A DNA stretch of 64,000 bases from Candidatus Poribacteria bacterium. GTDB lineage: Bacteria > Poribacteria > WGA-4E > PCPOR2b. Made by a program: the position numbers and the translations under genes. The DNA lies in NCBI GenBank assembly GCA_965215015.1, contig OZ244042.1, positions 640,001-704,000 of the forward strand. The letters are read 5' to 3'. A model generated the notes under the pieces. That model saw only the letters and a list, made by a program, of their open reading frames with translations, was not told the DNA's origin and did not search any database. Positions 49,741 through 59,647 of this stretch are shown in pieces (the first letter of the stretch is position 1; the number at the start of each line of letters is the position of its first letter).

Positions 49741-50820
49741 TTAGAGCCGATAAAATTCCCTCGCATTTTCAGACAGAATCTTGCGTGCCAGCGATGTGGG
49801 TAGCTTTGCGGGGAAAGCCTCTTGGGGGGAATCAAAGTGCCAGTGGGGATAGTCCGTTGAAAACATCAGAAAGTCGTCCGAATCGAGTTGACCGATAATC
49901 TGAAGTAGTTGCTCCGCGGTTGGGGGACCATCAATTGGTTGGAGCGTCATTCGCATGTGTTCACGGATATACGCTGATGGCAACCGTTTGACCCACGGCG
50001 TAAGATGTCGCAGCCCACGCCACTCCTTGTCAAACCGCCACATGAGCGACGGCATCCACGTGAACCCCGCTTCGATAAGTGCCACTCGCAGGGAGGGGAA
50101 CTGGTCAAAAACGCCTTCCGACACCAGACTGAGCACCTGTGCCTGAAACACCTGCGACATACCGACGTATTCCTCCAGATAGGTTGAGGGCCAACCGACC
50201 GATGTCGGCGGAAGTCCCGGTGCCCCGCCATAATGGAGGCCAACGACCAAATCGTGGCGCGCCACAGTGGCATAGATTGGGTGATAGCGTCGATTTCCAT
50301 AAGGTGCCTGCGAGCGGACCGGCAGCATCACTTGTACAAAGCCCGGATGGCCCCCCAAACGCTCAATCTCTTTCGTTGCGAGTCCAGGGTTTTGGCTCGG
50401 TACTATCAAAGAGCCCCGCAGGCGCGGTTCAGGGTCAAGCCAATGCTCGATCTGCCAATCATTGACCGCCGAGGCAAGTGCCGCCGCTAAGTCTTCGTTA
50501 TGTACGCTCTGTACGCGATAGGCACAGGTCAGTATGCCGTACTGGACACCCCAAGCATCAAGCGCGTGTTCGCGCAGCAGTGCCAGATCCGATTGGGGTC
50601 GATCCTCCGACGGTTGCACAATCTCAGGTCGTGTCGAAGTTGGGGCGCCGTCTGGATAGTCGTTCACATCGGGCCCGAAAAAGCCCGATTCCTCGCAATG
50701 ATCACACCAGTAGTCCGGCAGATACGGGTAGAGCATTTCGAGTGACGGGGTTCGGTTGTGGAGGTCGCAGTCAATTACTGGCAAGCCGGCGGTCACGAAA
50801 TTTGGTTTTTCATTCTCCAT
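49741..50820 (-). CDS. Amidohydrolase_2 family metal-dependent hydrolase
   Basis: IDCDLH, EGVFDQFP.LR..LIEAG and FSTDYPHW motifs. Start at ATG 50820 after AGGTG. Confidence 0.88.
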   Translation of the reverse strand: MENEKPNFVTAGLPVIDCDLHNRTPSLEMLYPYLPDYWCDHCEESGFFGPDVNDYPDGAPTSTRPEIVQPSEDRPQSDLALLREHALDAWGVQYGILTCAYRVQSVHNEDLAAALASAVNDWQIEHWLDPEPRLRGSLIVPSQNPGLATKEIERLGGHPGFVQVMLPVRSQAPYGNRRYHPIYATVARHDLVVGLHYGGAPGLPPTSVGWPSTYLEEYVGMSQVFQAQVLSLVSEGVFDQFPSLRVALIEAGFTWMPSLMWRFDKEWRGLRHLTPWVKRLPSAYIREHMRMTLQPIDGPPTAEQLLQIIGQLDSDDFLMFSTDYPHWHFDSPQEAFPAKLPTSLARKILSENAREFYRL

Positions 50821-50884
50821 TCTTATGTCTTCACCTTTTTCACTATCAGTAGCTAAATCATTCCACAGATGCTCAAACAGTTTT

Positions 50885-50913
50885 AGGATACCAGTTTGCC
50901 ACCTGTTTGTCAA
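50885..50913 (-). promoter_or_regulatory. sigma70 promoter of the amidohydrolase gene
   Basis: TTGACA, 17-nt spacer ending TGG (extended -10), TATCCT. Confidence 0.65.
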
Positions 50914-50980
50914 CATGAAACCGAGCGAGACCCACGGCCGCAATGGCAGATCTGAAGTAAGGGAACCAATAATTAATTGA

Positions 50981-51074
50981 AAGTAGTAGGCACACTCCGC
51001 GTGCCGTAACCCGCACAACCGTTACGGCATATGACTTGGCTAACACGCAACTGCCATTAAACTCGCACCCATAA
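50981..51074 (+). repeat. Dispersed repeat of about 94 bp (GTAG REP-like head), copy 1
   Basis: Aligns without gaps to the reverse complement of 59525-59618; 39 of the first 44 nt are identical. Confidence 0.8.
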
Positions 51075-51076
51075 CT

Positions 51077-51120
51077 AAAAAAACAAAGCATCTCTAACCC
51101 CGTCGGTGGGGCAAGATGCT
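51077..51120 (-). terminator. Rho-independent terminator or attenuator hairpin
   Basis: AGCATCT..CCCC/GGGG..AGATGCT stem followed by TTGTTTTTTT on the minus strand. Confidence 0.6.
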
Positions 51121-51358
51121 CCACCGCCTAATTGATCTCCATACCCGTCGGGCGGGTGTCCACGCGTAATCTGACTTATGAGCACTCCTCAGTTAATTTA
51201 CGCTATTATTGAACTTTATTTGCAGCGGAAAAGCGTTGACGGTTCTTTGGGATTTTGCTATCCTATACCTTGCCACAAGGAGGTACTGAAACGGATAACG
51301 GCTCTATATGTCACATAATCTATTAGCAAACGAGTGCAGAGATGAATAATGGTACCTA

Positions 51359-52504
51359 TTGAAACAGAAATTGAATATTTGCGCCAGAGGGCGCAAATCC
51401 CGGCGCGTGTCCAGCGGCAACTCGATCGGCGCAGGTAGGAGAGCACCACATTCTGCGGCGTGCGGCTTCGCTCGCATCGGGGATAGAATGCTTCGGGCAG
51501 CGGGCAGACTTGGTGAGGGCACTGATGGGGTGTTTAACCACTGGTTCGACCAGCTCTTGGCAAGACACCTCACTGAAGCACAGGCGTGGGCGATCCCGGG
51601 TCAGTTGGTGGCTGCCAGAGATCGGATGATATTAGCACTCGCAGAGATAGAGCGGGGGCCAGAAATTGATAAGGACAATGTTTACGACCTGCTTGCCTTC
51701 GGCTTCAAATCGAGCGATATTGCGGAGGTTGCGCGCCCCGTTATTCGAGTGTATCAGCTTGGACTCAGGGTCAACACAGATCAGATTCAGACATTCCTGC
51801 CCCCTTCCTCTATCATAACTCAACCGACGGATCATACGCCGTTTGGATAGACTCGGACAGTAGATGACACAGTTTGAAGGTCGGAACTACGAGGGCGTGA
51901 TGTTCACCCCGGTGGTAACACGTTACTTGGCAGAATTTGACCGGCTCCGGGCGGAAACATTGAGGGGGCGGTTCCCGCTTGACAACGCACTCCAGAGGGA
52001 TCTGGAATTTCACCGGTTCGCTCACTTGAACGCGAACCTCAATGGAGGGTGAAGGGGGACGCTGAGCAATACGCTATCTTTAAGGCACTATCAGTGCTGC
52101 CGCCACTTTGCAAAAAGATAGTTAAACTGAGTAAGTAGCATATTGCCCAAGCGAAACGTTACGGATACTACGCTGCGTGTTTCCTGCAATTTCTCAAGCA
52201 CTTCAAGGCGAGGACACCAAGACCAATTGTGGTGGTTGGGAATGATCTTATGGCAAGCAGTGGGTTGTTGAGCCGCTCTAAGACTATTTGAAGGACGATT
52301 TTACACTCTGATATGACCGCGTTAGATCCCACATGGCGTTCCGGCTCAGGGTTCCCCATGAAGTGGAGAATAAGGCCCGGGCAGGATTTCGTCAGGGAGC
52401 TGAGCGAGAAGATGCCGCACGTAGTCTTCGTTGACGCTTGTAATCCAGCTAGGGGTACCGGTATGATGAAGATGTCCCCCTGTAATGATTTGCTTATTTT
52501 ATAG
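51359..52504 (+). pseudogene. Fragmented coding-like region of unknown family
   Basis: Three successive short plus-strand ORFs with protein-like composition, separated by stops or frameshifts. No motif recognised. Confidence 0.35.
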
Positions 52505-52518
52505 CGGTTCGGTATAAT
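52490..52518 (+). promoter_or_regulatory. sigma70 promoter of the dehydrogenase cluster
   Basis: TTGCTT, 17-nt spacer, TATAAT, about 105 bp upstream of E1 alpha. Confidence 0.6.
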
Positions 52519-52624
52519 AAAAGATTAGATAATACTAAACCGCACAATTTGTAACGCAGAACATTTACATATAGTAGGATCTTGTAATATACATTACAAC
52601 TTATTAACCCTAGGAGAATAGCTT

Positions 52625-53605
52625 ATGTCCCTGTCACCTGAATTGTGCAAAACAATGTATAAAAATATGTGGCGCATCCGGCTCTTCGAGGAAGAGGCGA
52701 ATCGCCAGACAAGTCTCGGCTCCGTGGTTGGTGCCCTTCACATGTACTGTGGGGAGGAGGCAGTCGCTATTGGCGTCTGTTCCAACCTACGGGATGACGA
52801 TTATGTTCTCGGTACGCACCGCAGTCATGGTCACTGCTTAGCCAAGGGTGCTGAATCACACCGTATGATGGCAGAGCTTTTCGGCAAAGCCACAGGGACG
52901 TGCGCGGGGAAAGGTGGCTCGATGCACATCGCCGATTTCTCACTCAACATGCTCGGTGCTAACGGTATTGTCGGTGCCGGCATCGCGCCAGCCACGGGTG
53001 CCGCACTTGCCAGCAAGTTACGCGGAACGGATCAGGTATCGGTGTGCTTCTTTGGTGATGGTGCGGCTGCACGTGGCACCTTTCACGAAGGCATCGGGCT
53101 TGGGGCTTTGTGGAAGCTTCCCGTTGTCTACGTCTGCGAGAATAACCAGTATCAGCAGTGGGTGCCGCGCATGAATGTAGCGGTGCTCGATTCAGTCGCC
53201 GATATGGCAGGATCTTATGCAATCCCCGGTGTGTCGGTTGATGGTCAGAACCTCGTCGAGGTCTACGAGGTCGCGGGTGAAGCAGTTGAGCGGGCCCGCA
53301 AAGGTGGTGGACCTACATTGATTGAGGCACGAACCTATCGCTTCTACGGACATAGTTTGGGGGACGAAGAGCAGTACCGCACCTCCGATGAGGTTGAAGA
53401 GTGGAGGACCAATCGTGATCCGATCACCACCTTCCGATCGATGCTGATGGAGCAGGGGTGGTTGACCCAAGAGGAGGACGCCCAGATTCAGAACGAGGTC
53501 AAAGATGAGATTACCGAGGCAGTGAGATTTGCCGAGGAGAGTCCGTTCCCGACGCCTGATAATGTTACCACGGATGTCCTCGCCCCTGAGCAGGAGGTGG
53601 CATAA
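52625..53605 (+). CDS. TPP-dependent 2-oxo-acid or acetoin dehydrogenase E1 alpha
   Basis: THRSHGH, GKGGSMH, GDGA..ENN and TYRFYGHS motifs. Confidence 0.92.
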   Translation: MSLSPELCKTMYKNMWRIRLFEEEANRQTSLGSVVGALHMYCGEEAVAIGVCSNLRDDDYVLGTHRSHGHCLAKGAESHRMMAELFGKATGTCAGKGGSMHIADFSLNMLGANGIVGAGIAPATGAALASKLRGTDQVSVCFFGDGAAARGTFHEGIGLGALWKLPVVYVCENNQYQQWVPRMNVAVLDSVADMAGSYAIPGVSVDGQNLVEVYEVAGEAVERARKGGGPTLIEARTYRFYGHSLGDEEQYRTSDEVEEWRTNRDPITTFRSMLMEQGWLTQEEDAQIQNEVKDEITEAVRFAEESPFPTPDNVTTDVLAPEQEVA

Positions 53606-54576
53606 TGAGAACACTAACTTTTAGTGAGGCATTACGAGAGGCATTGCACGAGGAGATGGAACGTGACGAGACGATATTCGTCATCGGTGAAGATGTTATT
53701 ACGCACGGTGGCCCTTACAAAGTGACGGAGGGCATTGCGGAGCGTTTCCCGGATCGGATTTTCGAGACACCGATTGCAGAGGCAGGGATTATGGGCGTGG
53801 GGGTCGGTGCTGCTATGGCAGGGATGACCCCCGTGGTCGAAATTATGTACATGGATTTCGTGACTTGTGCCATGGACGAAGTGGTCAACCAAGCGGCAAA
53901 GATGCGTTACATGACCGGCGGTCAAGCAAGTGTGCCGATGGTCATTCGCCTACCATGCGGCGTTGGTCGGTTGCTGGCGGCGCAGCACTCGCAGATTATG
54001 GAGTCGTGGTTCATGCACGTTCCGGGCTTACAGGTGGTCGTACCCTCGACACCCGGTGATGCAAAGGGATTGCTCAAATCTGCAATACGCAATCCTGACC
54101 CGGTGCTGTTTTTCGAGTACAAGCGGATCTATACCTCTAGGGGGGAGGTTCCGGATGGGGAACACATCATACCCCTTGGTCAAGCCAAGATCTGCCGCGA
54201 GGGAGAGGATGTAACTGTTGTTGCTATTGGTCCAATGGTACAGAAGGCACTGGAAGCAGCAGTGCTGTTAGAGGACGACGGTTATGACGTTGAGGTTGTC
54301 GACGCAAGAAGCCTGTCGCCGTTGGATACCGAGACGATTTGTGAGTCGGTAAGCCGGACGGGTCATGCTGTAGTCTGTGGAGAGGACTCCAGTTTTGCCG
54401 GGGCAGCTTCCGAGATAGCGGCGATGATCGGTGAAAACTGTTTCAGAGACCTTAATGGGCCGGTCGTTCGGGTTGGCAGTCCGCATGTGCCGATGCCGTT
54501 CAGTTCCGAGCTCGTCAAGCACGTTGTGCCTGAAGTTACTAATATCACTGAGGCGGTTAGTCACGCAATGATGTAA
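53605..54576 (+). CDS. E1 beta subunit
   Basis: GEDV, ETPIAE, NQAAKMRYMTGG, AQHSQ and PVLFFE motifs; coupled to E1 alpha by TAATG. Confidence 0.92.
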   Translation: MRTLTFSEALREALHEEMERDETIFVIGEDVITHGGPYKVTEGIAERFPDRIFETPIAEAGIMGVGVGAAMAGMTPVVEIMYMDFVTCAMDEVVNQAAKMRYMTGGQASVPMVIRLPCGVGRLLAAQHSQIMESWFMHVPGLQVVVPSTPGDAKGLLKSAIRNPDPVLFFEYKRIYTSRGEVPDGEHIIPLGQAKICREGEDVTVVAIGPMVQKALEAAVLLEDDGYDVEVVDARSLSPLDTETICESVSRTGHAVVCGEDSSFAGAASEIAAMIGENCFRDLNGPVVRVGSPHVPMPFSSELVKHVVPEVTNITEAVSHAMM

Positions 54577-54598
54577 TAAGAGGAGAAAGGGAGGATTC

Positions 54599-55999
54599 AT
54601 GGCAATACAGTTCCGTTTACCGGCTCTCGGCCACACCATGGAAACGGGTCGCGTTGTTGAGTGGCATATAGCCGAAGGCAGCAAAATTGAGGAGGGGCAG
54701 CTTCTGGTCTCGATTGAAACAGACAAGGCTGTCGCTGACATTGAGTCCCCGGTCAGCGGTGTGCTGTTGCGCATCGTGGGTCAGGTTGATGGTGTGTACG
54801 ACGTTGGCGCGCCCCTCGCTTGGATTGGAGAAAAAGGTGAAGAGGTACCGGACGAATCTGCAGAACAGTCTCAAGCCCCCGCTGCGAAGCAAGCCGCAGA
54901 ATCACGAGCGACTCCTGTTGCCCTACGGTTCGCTCAACGGCACGGCGTAGATGCTGAAGCGTTGCAGGGAACGGGTCCGGGTGGACGGGTCACTAAGGAA
55001 GATGTGCAGCGCGCCATTGAGGACGGCACTGCCACTCCGCTAAAAGCACCTAGCGAGGCTCCAGCTCCTAGGCCTGCAGCGCAGCCCAAGAAGCCTGCTG
55101 CGGATCGTCCTGCGGGGGCCCGGGTAACTCCTGTTGCCCTACGGCTCGCTCAACGGCACGGCGTAGATGCTGAAGCGTTGCAGGGGACGGGTCCGGGCGG
55201 GCGGGTCACTAAGGAAGATGTGCAGCGCGCCATAGAGGACGGCACTGCCACTCCGCTAAAAACGACCGACGATACGCCACAAAAAGCAGCCGCCGATAGT
55301 CAGGCTGCGGGCGTTGAGGTTATTCCACTTGCCGGCATCCGTCGTACTACTGCCGAGCGTCTTGGAACAATCTGGTCCCAAGCACCACATGTTACGGAAG
55401 GGATTGAGGTCGATTTCACCGCGCTCCAAGCCGCTCGTGCGGCAAATGCGGAGGCATGGCGCGATGCTTATGGAGTTGCACCGACGCTAAACGATTTTGT
55501 GCTGAAAGCGACCGCCGAAGCGTTGAAATCACAACCTCAACTCAACGCGGCACTGATTGACGACGCGATACACCAGTATAGCGACATCAATTTAGGGGTT
55601 GCCATTGACATTGAGTCGGGGTTGGTCGTACCGGTGGTTCGCAAAGTTGATACGCTCGGCGTGATAGCACTTGCAGGCAAAGTGAGGGAACTCGCAGACC
55701 GTGCCCGAAACGGAAAGCTGGGGCTCGACGACTTTGCGGGTGGCACGTTTACGGTGACGAATCTCGGCGGTCTTGGTGTAGATTGGTTCACGCCGGTTCT
55801 GAACCCCCCGCAGTGTGCGATACTGGGAGTGGGTCGGGTCCGTCAAGCTGCTGTGGTGGCAGATCGATCAATCCAGTTCCGAGACGTAGCAACATTGGTT
55901 CTTACCTTTGACCACCGAGCGGTTGACGGGGCCCCCTGTGCTCGTTTCCTCGGAGATTTACGCGCACGTATTGAGGCTCCAGATCAGCTGCTGCCTTAG
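54599..55999 (+). CDS. Dihydrolipoamide acyltransferase E2 with one lipoyl and two E3/E1-binding domains
   Basis: Lipoyl ETDKA, two copies of GTGPGGRVTKEDV, and catalytic DHRAVDG. Confidence 0.93.
   Translation: MAIQFRLPALGHTMETGRVVEWHIAEGSKIEEGQLLVSIETDKAVADIESPVSGVLLRIVGQVDGVYDVGAPLAWIGEKGEEVPDESAEQSQAPAAKQAAESRATPVALRFAQRHGVDAEALQGTGPGGRVTKEDVQRAIEDGTATPLKAPSEAPAPRPAAQPKKPAADRPAGARVTPVALRLAQRHGVDAEALQGTGPGGRVTKEDVQRAIEDGTATPLKTTDDTPQKAAADSQAAGVEVIPLAGIRRTTAERLGTIWSQAPHVTEGIEVDFTALQAARAANAEAWRDAYGVAPTLNDFVLKATAEALKSQPQLNAALIDDAIHQYSDINLGVAIDIESGLVVPVVRKVDTLGVIALAGKVRELADRARNGKLGLDDFAGGTFTVTNLGGLGVDWFTPVLNPPQCAILGVGRVRQAAVVADRSIQFRDVATLVLTFDHRAVDGAPCARFLGDLRARIEAPDQLLP
54911..55261 (+). repeat. 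135-bp in-frame direct repeat inside E2
   Basis: 54911-55045 versus 55127-55261, 5 mismatches by manual comparison. Confidence 0.9.
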
Positions 56000-56059
56000 C
56001 CCCCGCCGCAAGATATGAACTCGCCGTAATTCCGACATTACCGCGTTGGGGACATGCGT

Positions 56060-56847
56060 TCACGGCGTACAGGATTCTATTTCAAGTGGGGATTGTGAAA
56101 ATTGACACGCCCATGGCACCCCTAGACGAATCGGTATCAATAAGAAATCGTCAAGATTTATCAAGTTCCGTTGGTCCGGAACGTCGGGAGAAAAATCAAG
56201 TATCTCTGCTAGAACGTTGAGGGGCTTGATGTCAATCTCTTGAATGAGGTTGCTGCAGAATAGGGTCATCTGCAGCATGAGATTACTCTTCAGAGCTTCG
56301 TACATGAAATTAGGATCTGTCATATTGTAGAGGGATTCCGGGGGTTGCAGCAGAGCCTCCTTTTCGACGAGACCCCCTTTTTCCATGTCCATTTCTAGGG
56401 GGGCCAGAAATTACCTTCAAACATCGCACGAACCGCAGAGTTCTGGAGGGTAGCTGACGCGGCGGCAACGAAAAAAGCTTCTGTGTAAGCCTGATATACC
56501 CCGAAGCCGCCCACACCCTAATTGCCGCTGGATTCGCCTATGTGTGCGGCCAAGTATTCCTGCCAAGTCTCTTCGGCGTTCACTTGGGCACCTTGAGTGA
56601 AGCTGTTGCCATAGGTGTTGATACGACGGAGGCGATTGGCGTACAGGGATGCGCCGCGGGCTCCATTTTTTTGCACGGTGTTAATGGTAGAGCTATTGTC
56701 GATGCCGTCTTGGGGCAAATAGTTGCCGAGGATATACCCGACTTCCGGATCAAATTGGGCCCATGAGAGTTTTTCCGGATCGAGGCAATGATCGATTTCT
56801 TCTCTGCTACAAGTTCTTGCCCAAACATGTTATTCAGAAGTCATCAT
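56060..56847 (-). pseudogene. SGNH/GDSL hydrolase-like pseudogene
   Basis: Joined frame gives ..FDPEVGY..RINTYGNSFTQGAQV..ETWQEYLAAHIGE..N*GVGGFGVYQAY. In-frame stops at about 56830 and at 56518, and a frameshift in a homopolymer run near 56400. Confidence 0.7.
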
Positions 56848-56907
56848 GTTTGAAATTCTCCTCTATTTTAGTTTTCCTCAAGCAGAATAAAAACATGGTC
56901 ATCACTG

Positions 56908-58584
56908 TCACTGCGTCAGAATAACCGGAAGCAGAATATGTGATGGATATTGACTCGTATGATAAACCGTCTGCTGTGCCGAGCGTATCTCTGCATCAAC
57001 CCCTAAAGTGTTTCCTGTGTTCGGGTTGCGATCAAAGCGTGGGAAGTTAGAGGACGAGATTTCCAAGCGGACGCAATGCCCTTTTTGGAAGACATTCCCG
57101 GTGACTGCAACGTCGATTTCGTACTCATACACTGTGTTTGGTTCAAGGAGCGTTGGATTGGTGAAACTCTCGCGATATCGGGCGCGAATAATCCCGTCGC
57201 ACAGGTTCATTGCATAACCCGTTGGTGAAACATCCACCAGTTTCGCTGTCCAGTCGGTGTCCAGCCCGTCAGTAGCAGCGTAGAGGATAACCTTAATTGG
57301 TCCCGTCACCTCCATGTCCTCCGCCATCGGTTCACTAGTATAACAAAGAACGTCGCTACGCATCTCAGCTGGGCGTTGATCGTATGGGCCCCACGGAACG
57401 ATATGGGGTGAACAGCAGTTGTTGCCCCCTATCGTTTGGACCGGATAGCGCGGGTCGTAAACGAAGTGATCCGTTGGTTCATGTGCTGGAGCATCGGTGG
57501 ATAGTTCTCCATCGCCGAGTACAGAGTTCGCTTTGCCCTTTGAGTGGAGATACCATTTCTGCCACTGTGTTCGTGCAAGGGGCCACTCATGCTCATCACG
57601 CCACTCATTGACTCCCATGATAAACAATCGTAATGGAGGTTCATCAACAATCCCGTTATCAATTCCCTTGAGCCAGTAGTCGAACCAGCGGAGTTCTTCC
57701 CCATCTAGGTCAACCATTGAAGGTGCACCGAAGTCGATATCACCTGTGTGGGTGGAGGCACTCAGGGAGTGTGGCCACGGTCCAACGATGATTTTGCTCT
57801 GTCGGGATTCAGGGGTCCGCCCGCCCTGACGCAAGCCGTTAAAATTGATAAAGGTATGTTGTGCATAAAGGTCATACCAACCACCCATGTTAAACGCCGG
57901 GGCAGCAATCTCGCCCCATTTCGTCTCAACATTGATTGCATCCCAATAGTCATCATAGGCTGCGTGTTCGATCCAGTCCTTCCAGAACTGGAGTTTACGC
58001 CCGGCGAGTTCGTCCATCTCGATAAGCGGTAGTTTTCGGAACGCTTCCGTCCAGTGGTGGTATTCAATGCTCTGGGCAGTCCGCCCGTTGGTGCGCATCC
58101 CCCAAGTCATCAACACATTGAGCTGGAACACTCCACCGGGATAGACCAATCCGGTGTAAAAGTCATTGCAAATGACGCGAGGCACCATACAGGTCAGAAA
58201 TTCGCTGCGGTGGGGTGCACTCTGCCATTGCACCAACCCCACATACGACCCGCCCGCCATACCGATTTTTCCGTTACACCACTCCTGCTGACCAATCCAC
58301 TCCTGAGTATCGTAGCCATCTGGTCCGTGATTTTTAAAAGGATAATGCTCGCCATCTGAATCCCAGCGCCCTCGTACATCCTGAATCACGCAGGCGTAGC
58401 CGTTATTTGCTAGTTGACGTGCTTTTTCGATCATAGTGTCCATGTTGTTACTATAAGGTGTGCGCATCAACACCGTCGGAAACTTTCCCGGTACTTTTGG
58501 GAGATAGATATCTGATGACAGATTCACCCCATCGCGCATCGGTGTCTTTATGTTCAAACGCATTTCCACATCGTAATTCGCCAT
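56908..58584 (-). CDS. CocE/NonD family hydrolase
   Basis: MRDGV.L, RTPY, QDVRGR, GGSY, GGWYD, GPWPH and SSSNFPRFDRN motifs. Confidence 0.92.
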   Translation of the reverse strand: MANYDVEMRLNIKTPMRDGVNLSSDIYLPKVPGKFPTVLMRTPYSNNMDTMIEKARQLANNGYACVIQDVRGRWDSDGEHYPFKNHGPDGYDTQEWIGQQEWCNGKIGMAGGSYVGLVQWQSAPHRSEFLTCMVPRVICNDFYTGLVYPGGVFQLNVLMTWGMRTNGRTAQSIEYHHWTEAFRKLPLIEMDELAGRKLQFWKDWIEHAAYDDYWDAINVETKWGEIAAPAFNMGGWYDLYAQHTFINFNGLRQGGRTPESRQSKIIVGPWPHSLSASTHTGDIDFGAPSMVDLDGEELRWFDYWLKGIDNGIVDEPPLRLFIMGVNEWRDEHEWPLARTQWQKWYLHSKGKANSVLGDGELSTDAPAHEPTDHFVYDPRYPVQTIGGNNCCSPHIVPWGPYDQRPAEMRSDVLCYTSEPMAEDMEVTGPIKVILYAATDGLDTDWTAKLVDVSPTGYAMNLCDGIIRARYRESFTNPTLLEPNTVYEYEIDVAVTGNVFQKGHCVRLEISSSNFPRFDRNPNTGNTLGVDAEIRSAQQTVYHTSQYPSHILLPVILTQ

Positions 58585-58644
58585 GATTTCCTCCTATTTT
58601 TTTGTTCACTAGTTCAGTAATAAACCAATGGACTAATCCTTCCT

Positions 58645-59367
58645 CTACCCGCCGCTTTCAGTTTGTATTTTAATGAATCGCAAAGTACCAAAATGTTGTG
58701 GTCGGTGATAATCAATCTTTCGGGTAGGCGACCATGCGGTGTATTCGTCCTCGGCTTCCGTTTTACCGCGATCAATCCGATATAGGTTCATACGCCAGAC
58801 ATCTCCCACTTTCGGTGGAATATTTGGAGCAGTCAGTAAATCCTTGAATGGGACAGCGATTTCGCAAGACCAAGATATATCCGGTGGACTGGTGGATACC
58901 CCTCTGTTAGCAGGGGAGTTTGTTTTTATTATGCCATCAACGGAAACATCGTGTTGTAACGTTGCGCTATTCCAATCGCGCAGCACTTGAATTCCCTGCC
59001 CGTGCGATTTACCATTGACGACAAAAGCATCAAACAATGTATTGAGGGGACTCACCTCAAGCTCGATGTATGTCCGGAGATTGCTGTCCGGATTAAGAAA
59101 AACTTCGACCACCTCTTCGTTATAGATGTCCCCGTCCCGCTCATGGATTGTTCCCCAAATATCTTGATCATAGCACAGAAAGCCGACGTAGAGGTACTCG
59201 CTATTCCAGAGCAGCCGAACCTCTGTTAGTTGACGTGGCTTTTCGCCGGTATCTGTCGTCAGCAATTCAATGACATCGGCTGACGCCCATGCAGCATCTA
59301 TAAGCGTACCATCAATCTTTATCTCACCATCGATCCGAACACAATCATATTGCGGCAATTCTATCAT
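58645..59367 (-). CDS. Carbohydrate-binding family 9-like protein
   Basis: IDGTL..AAW, EEVVEVF, YIELEVSPLN and WRMNLYR motifs. Start at ATG 59367 after AAGGAGG. Confidence 0.85.
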   Translation of the reverse strand: MIELPQYDCVRIDGEIKIDGTLIDAAWASADVIELLTTDTGEKPRQLTEVRLLWNSEYLYVGFLCYDQDIWGTIHERDGDIYNEEVVEVFLNPDSNLRTYIELEVSPLNTLFDAFVVNGKSHGQGIQVLRDWNSATLQHDVSVDGIIKTNSPANRGVSTSPPDISWSCEIAVPFKDLLTAPNIPPKVGDVWRMNLYRIDRGKTEAEDEYTAWSPTRKIDYHRPQHFGTLRFIKIQTESGG

Positions 59368-59524
59368 CGGTTCCTCCTTCGTTAAATGAGGGGTGCTGAT
59401 AATTATTGTCTGAATCGCGGATTCAGCAGATGCAGCAGATAACACGAATACAGATAGGGGGCTCAGGCGGGAGATGAGGCAAGAGGCCCTACCTACGGGG
59501 TTGGGGATATTTTATTTTTTTCCA

Positions 59525-59618
59525 TTATGGTTGGGAGCTTAGTGGAAGTTGGGTATTAGCCAAGCCATTTGCTCTAACGATTGTGGGGTTTACGGCACGC
59601 TGAGCGTGCCTACTACTT
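59525..59618 (-). repeat. Dispersed repeat of about 94 bp, copy 2
   Basis: Reverse complement is homologous to 50981-51074. Confidence 0.8.
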
Positions 59619-59647
59619 TATGAGCTCCCCCTCCGTTAAATAATGTC

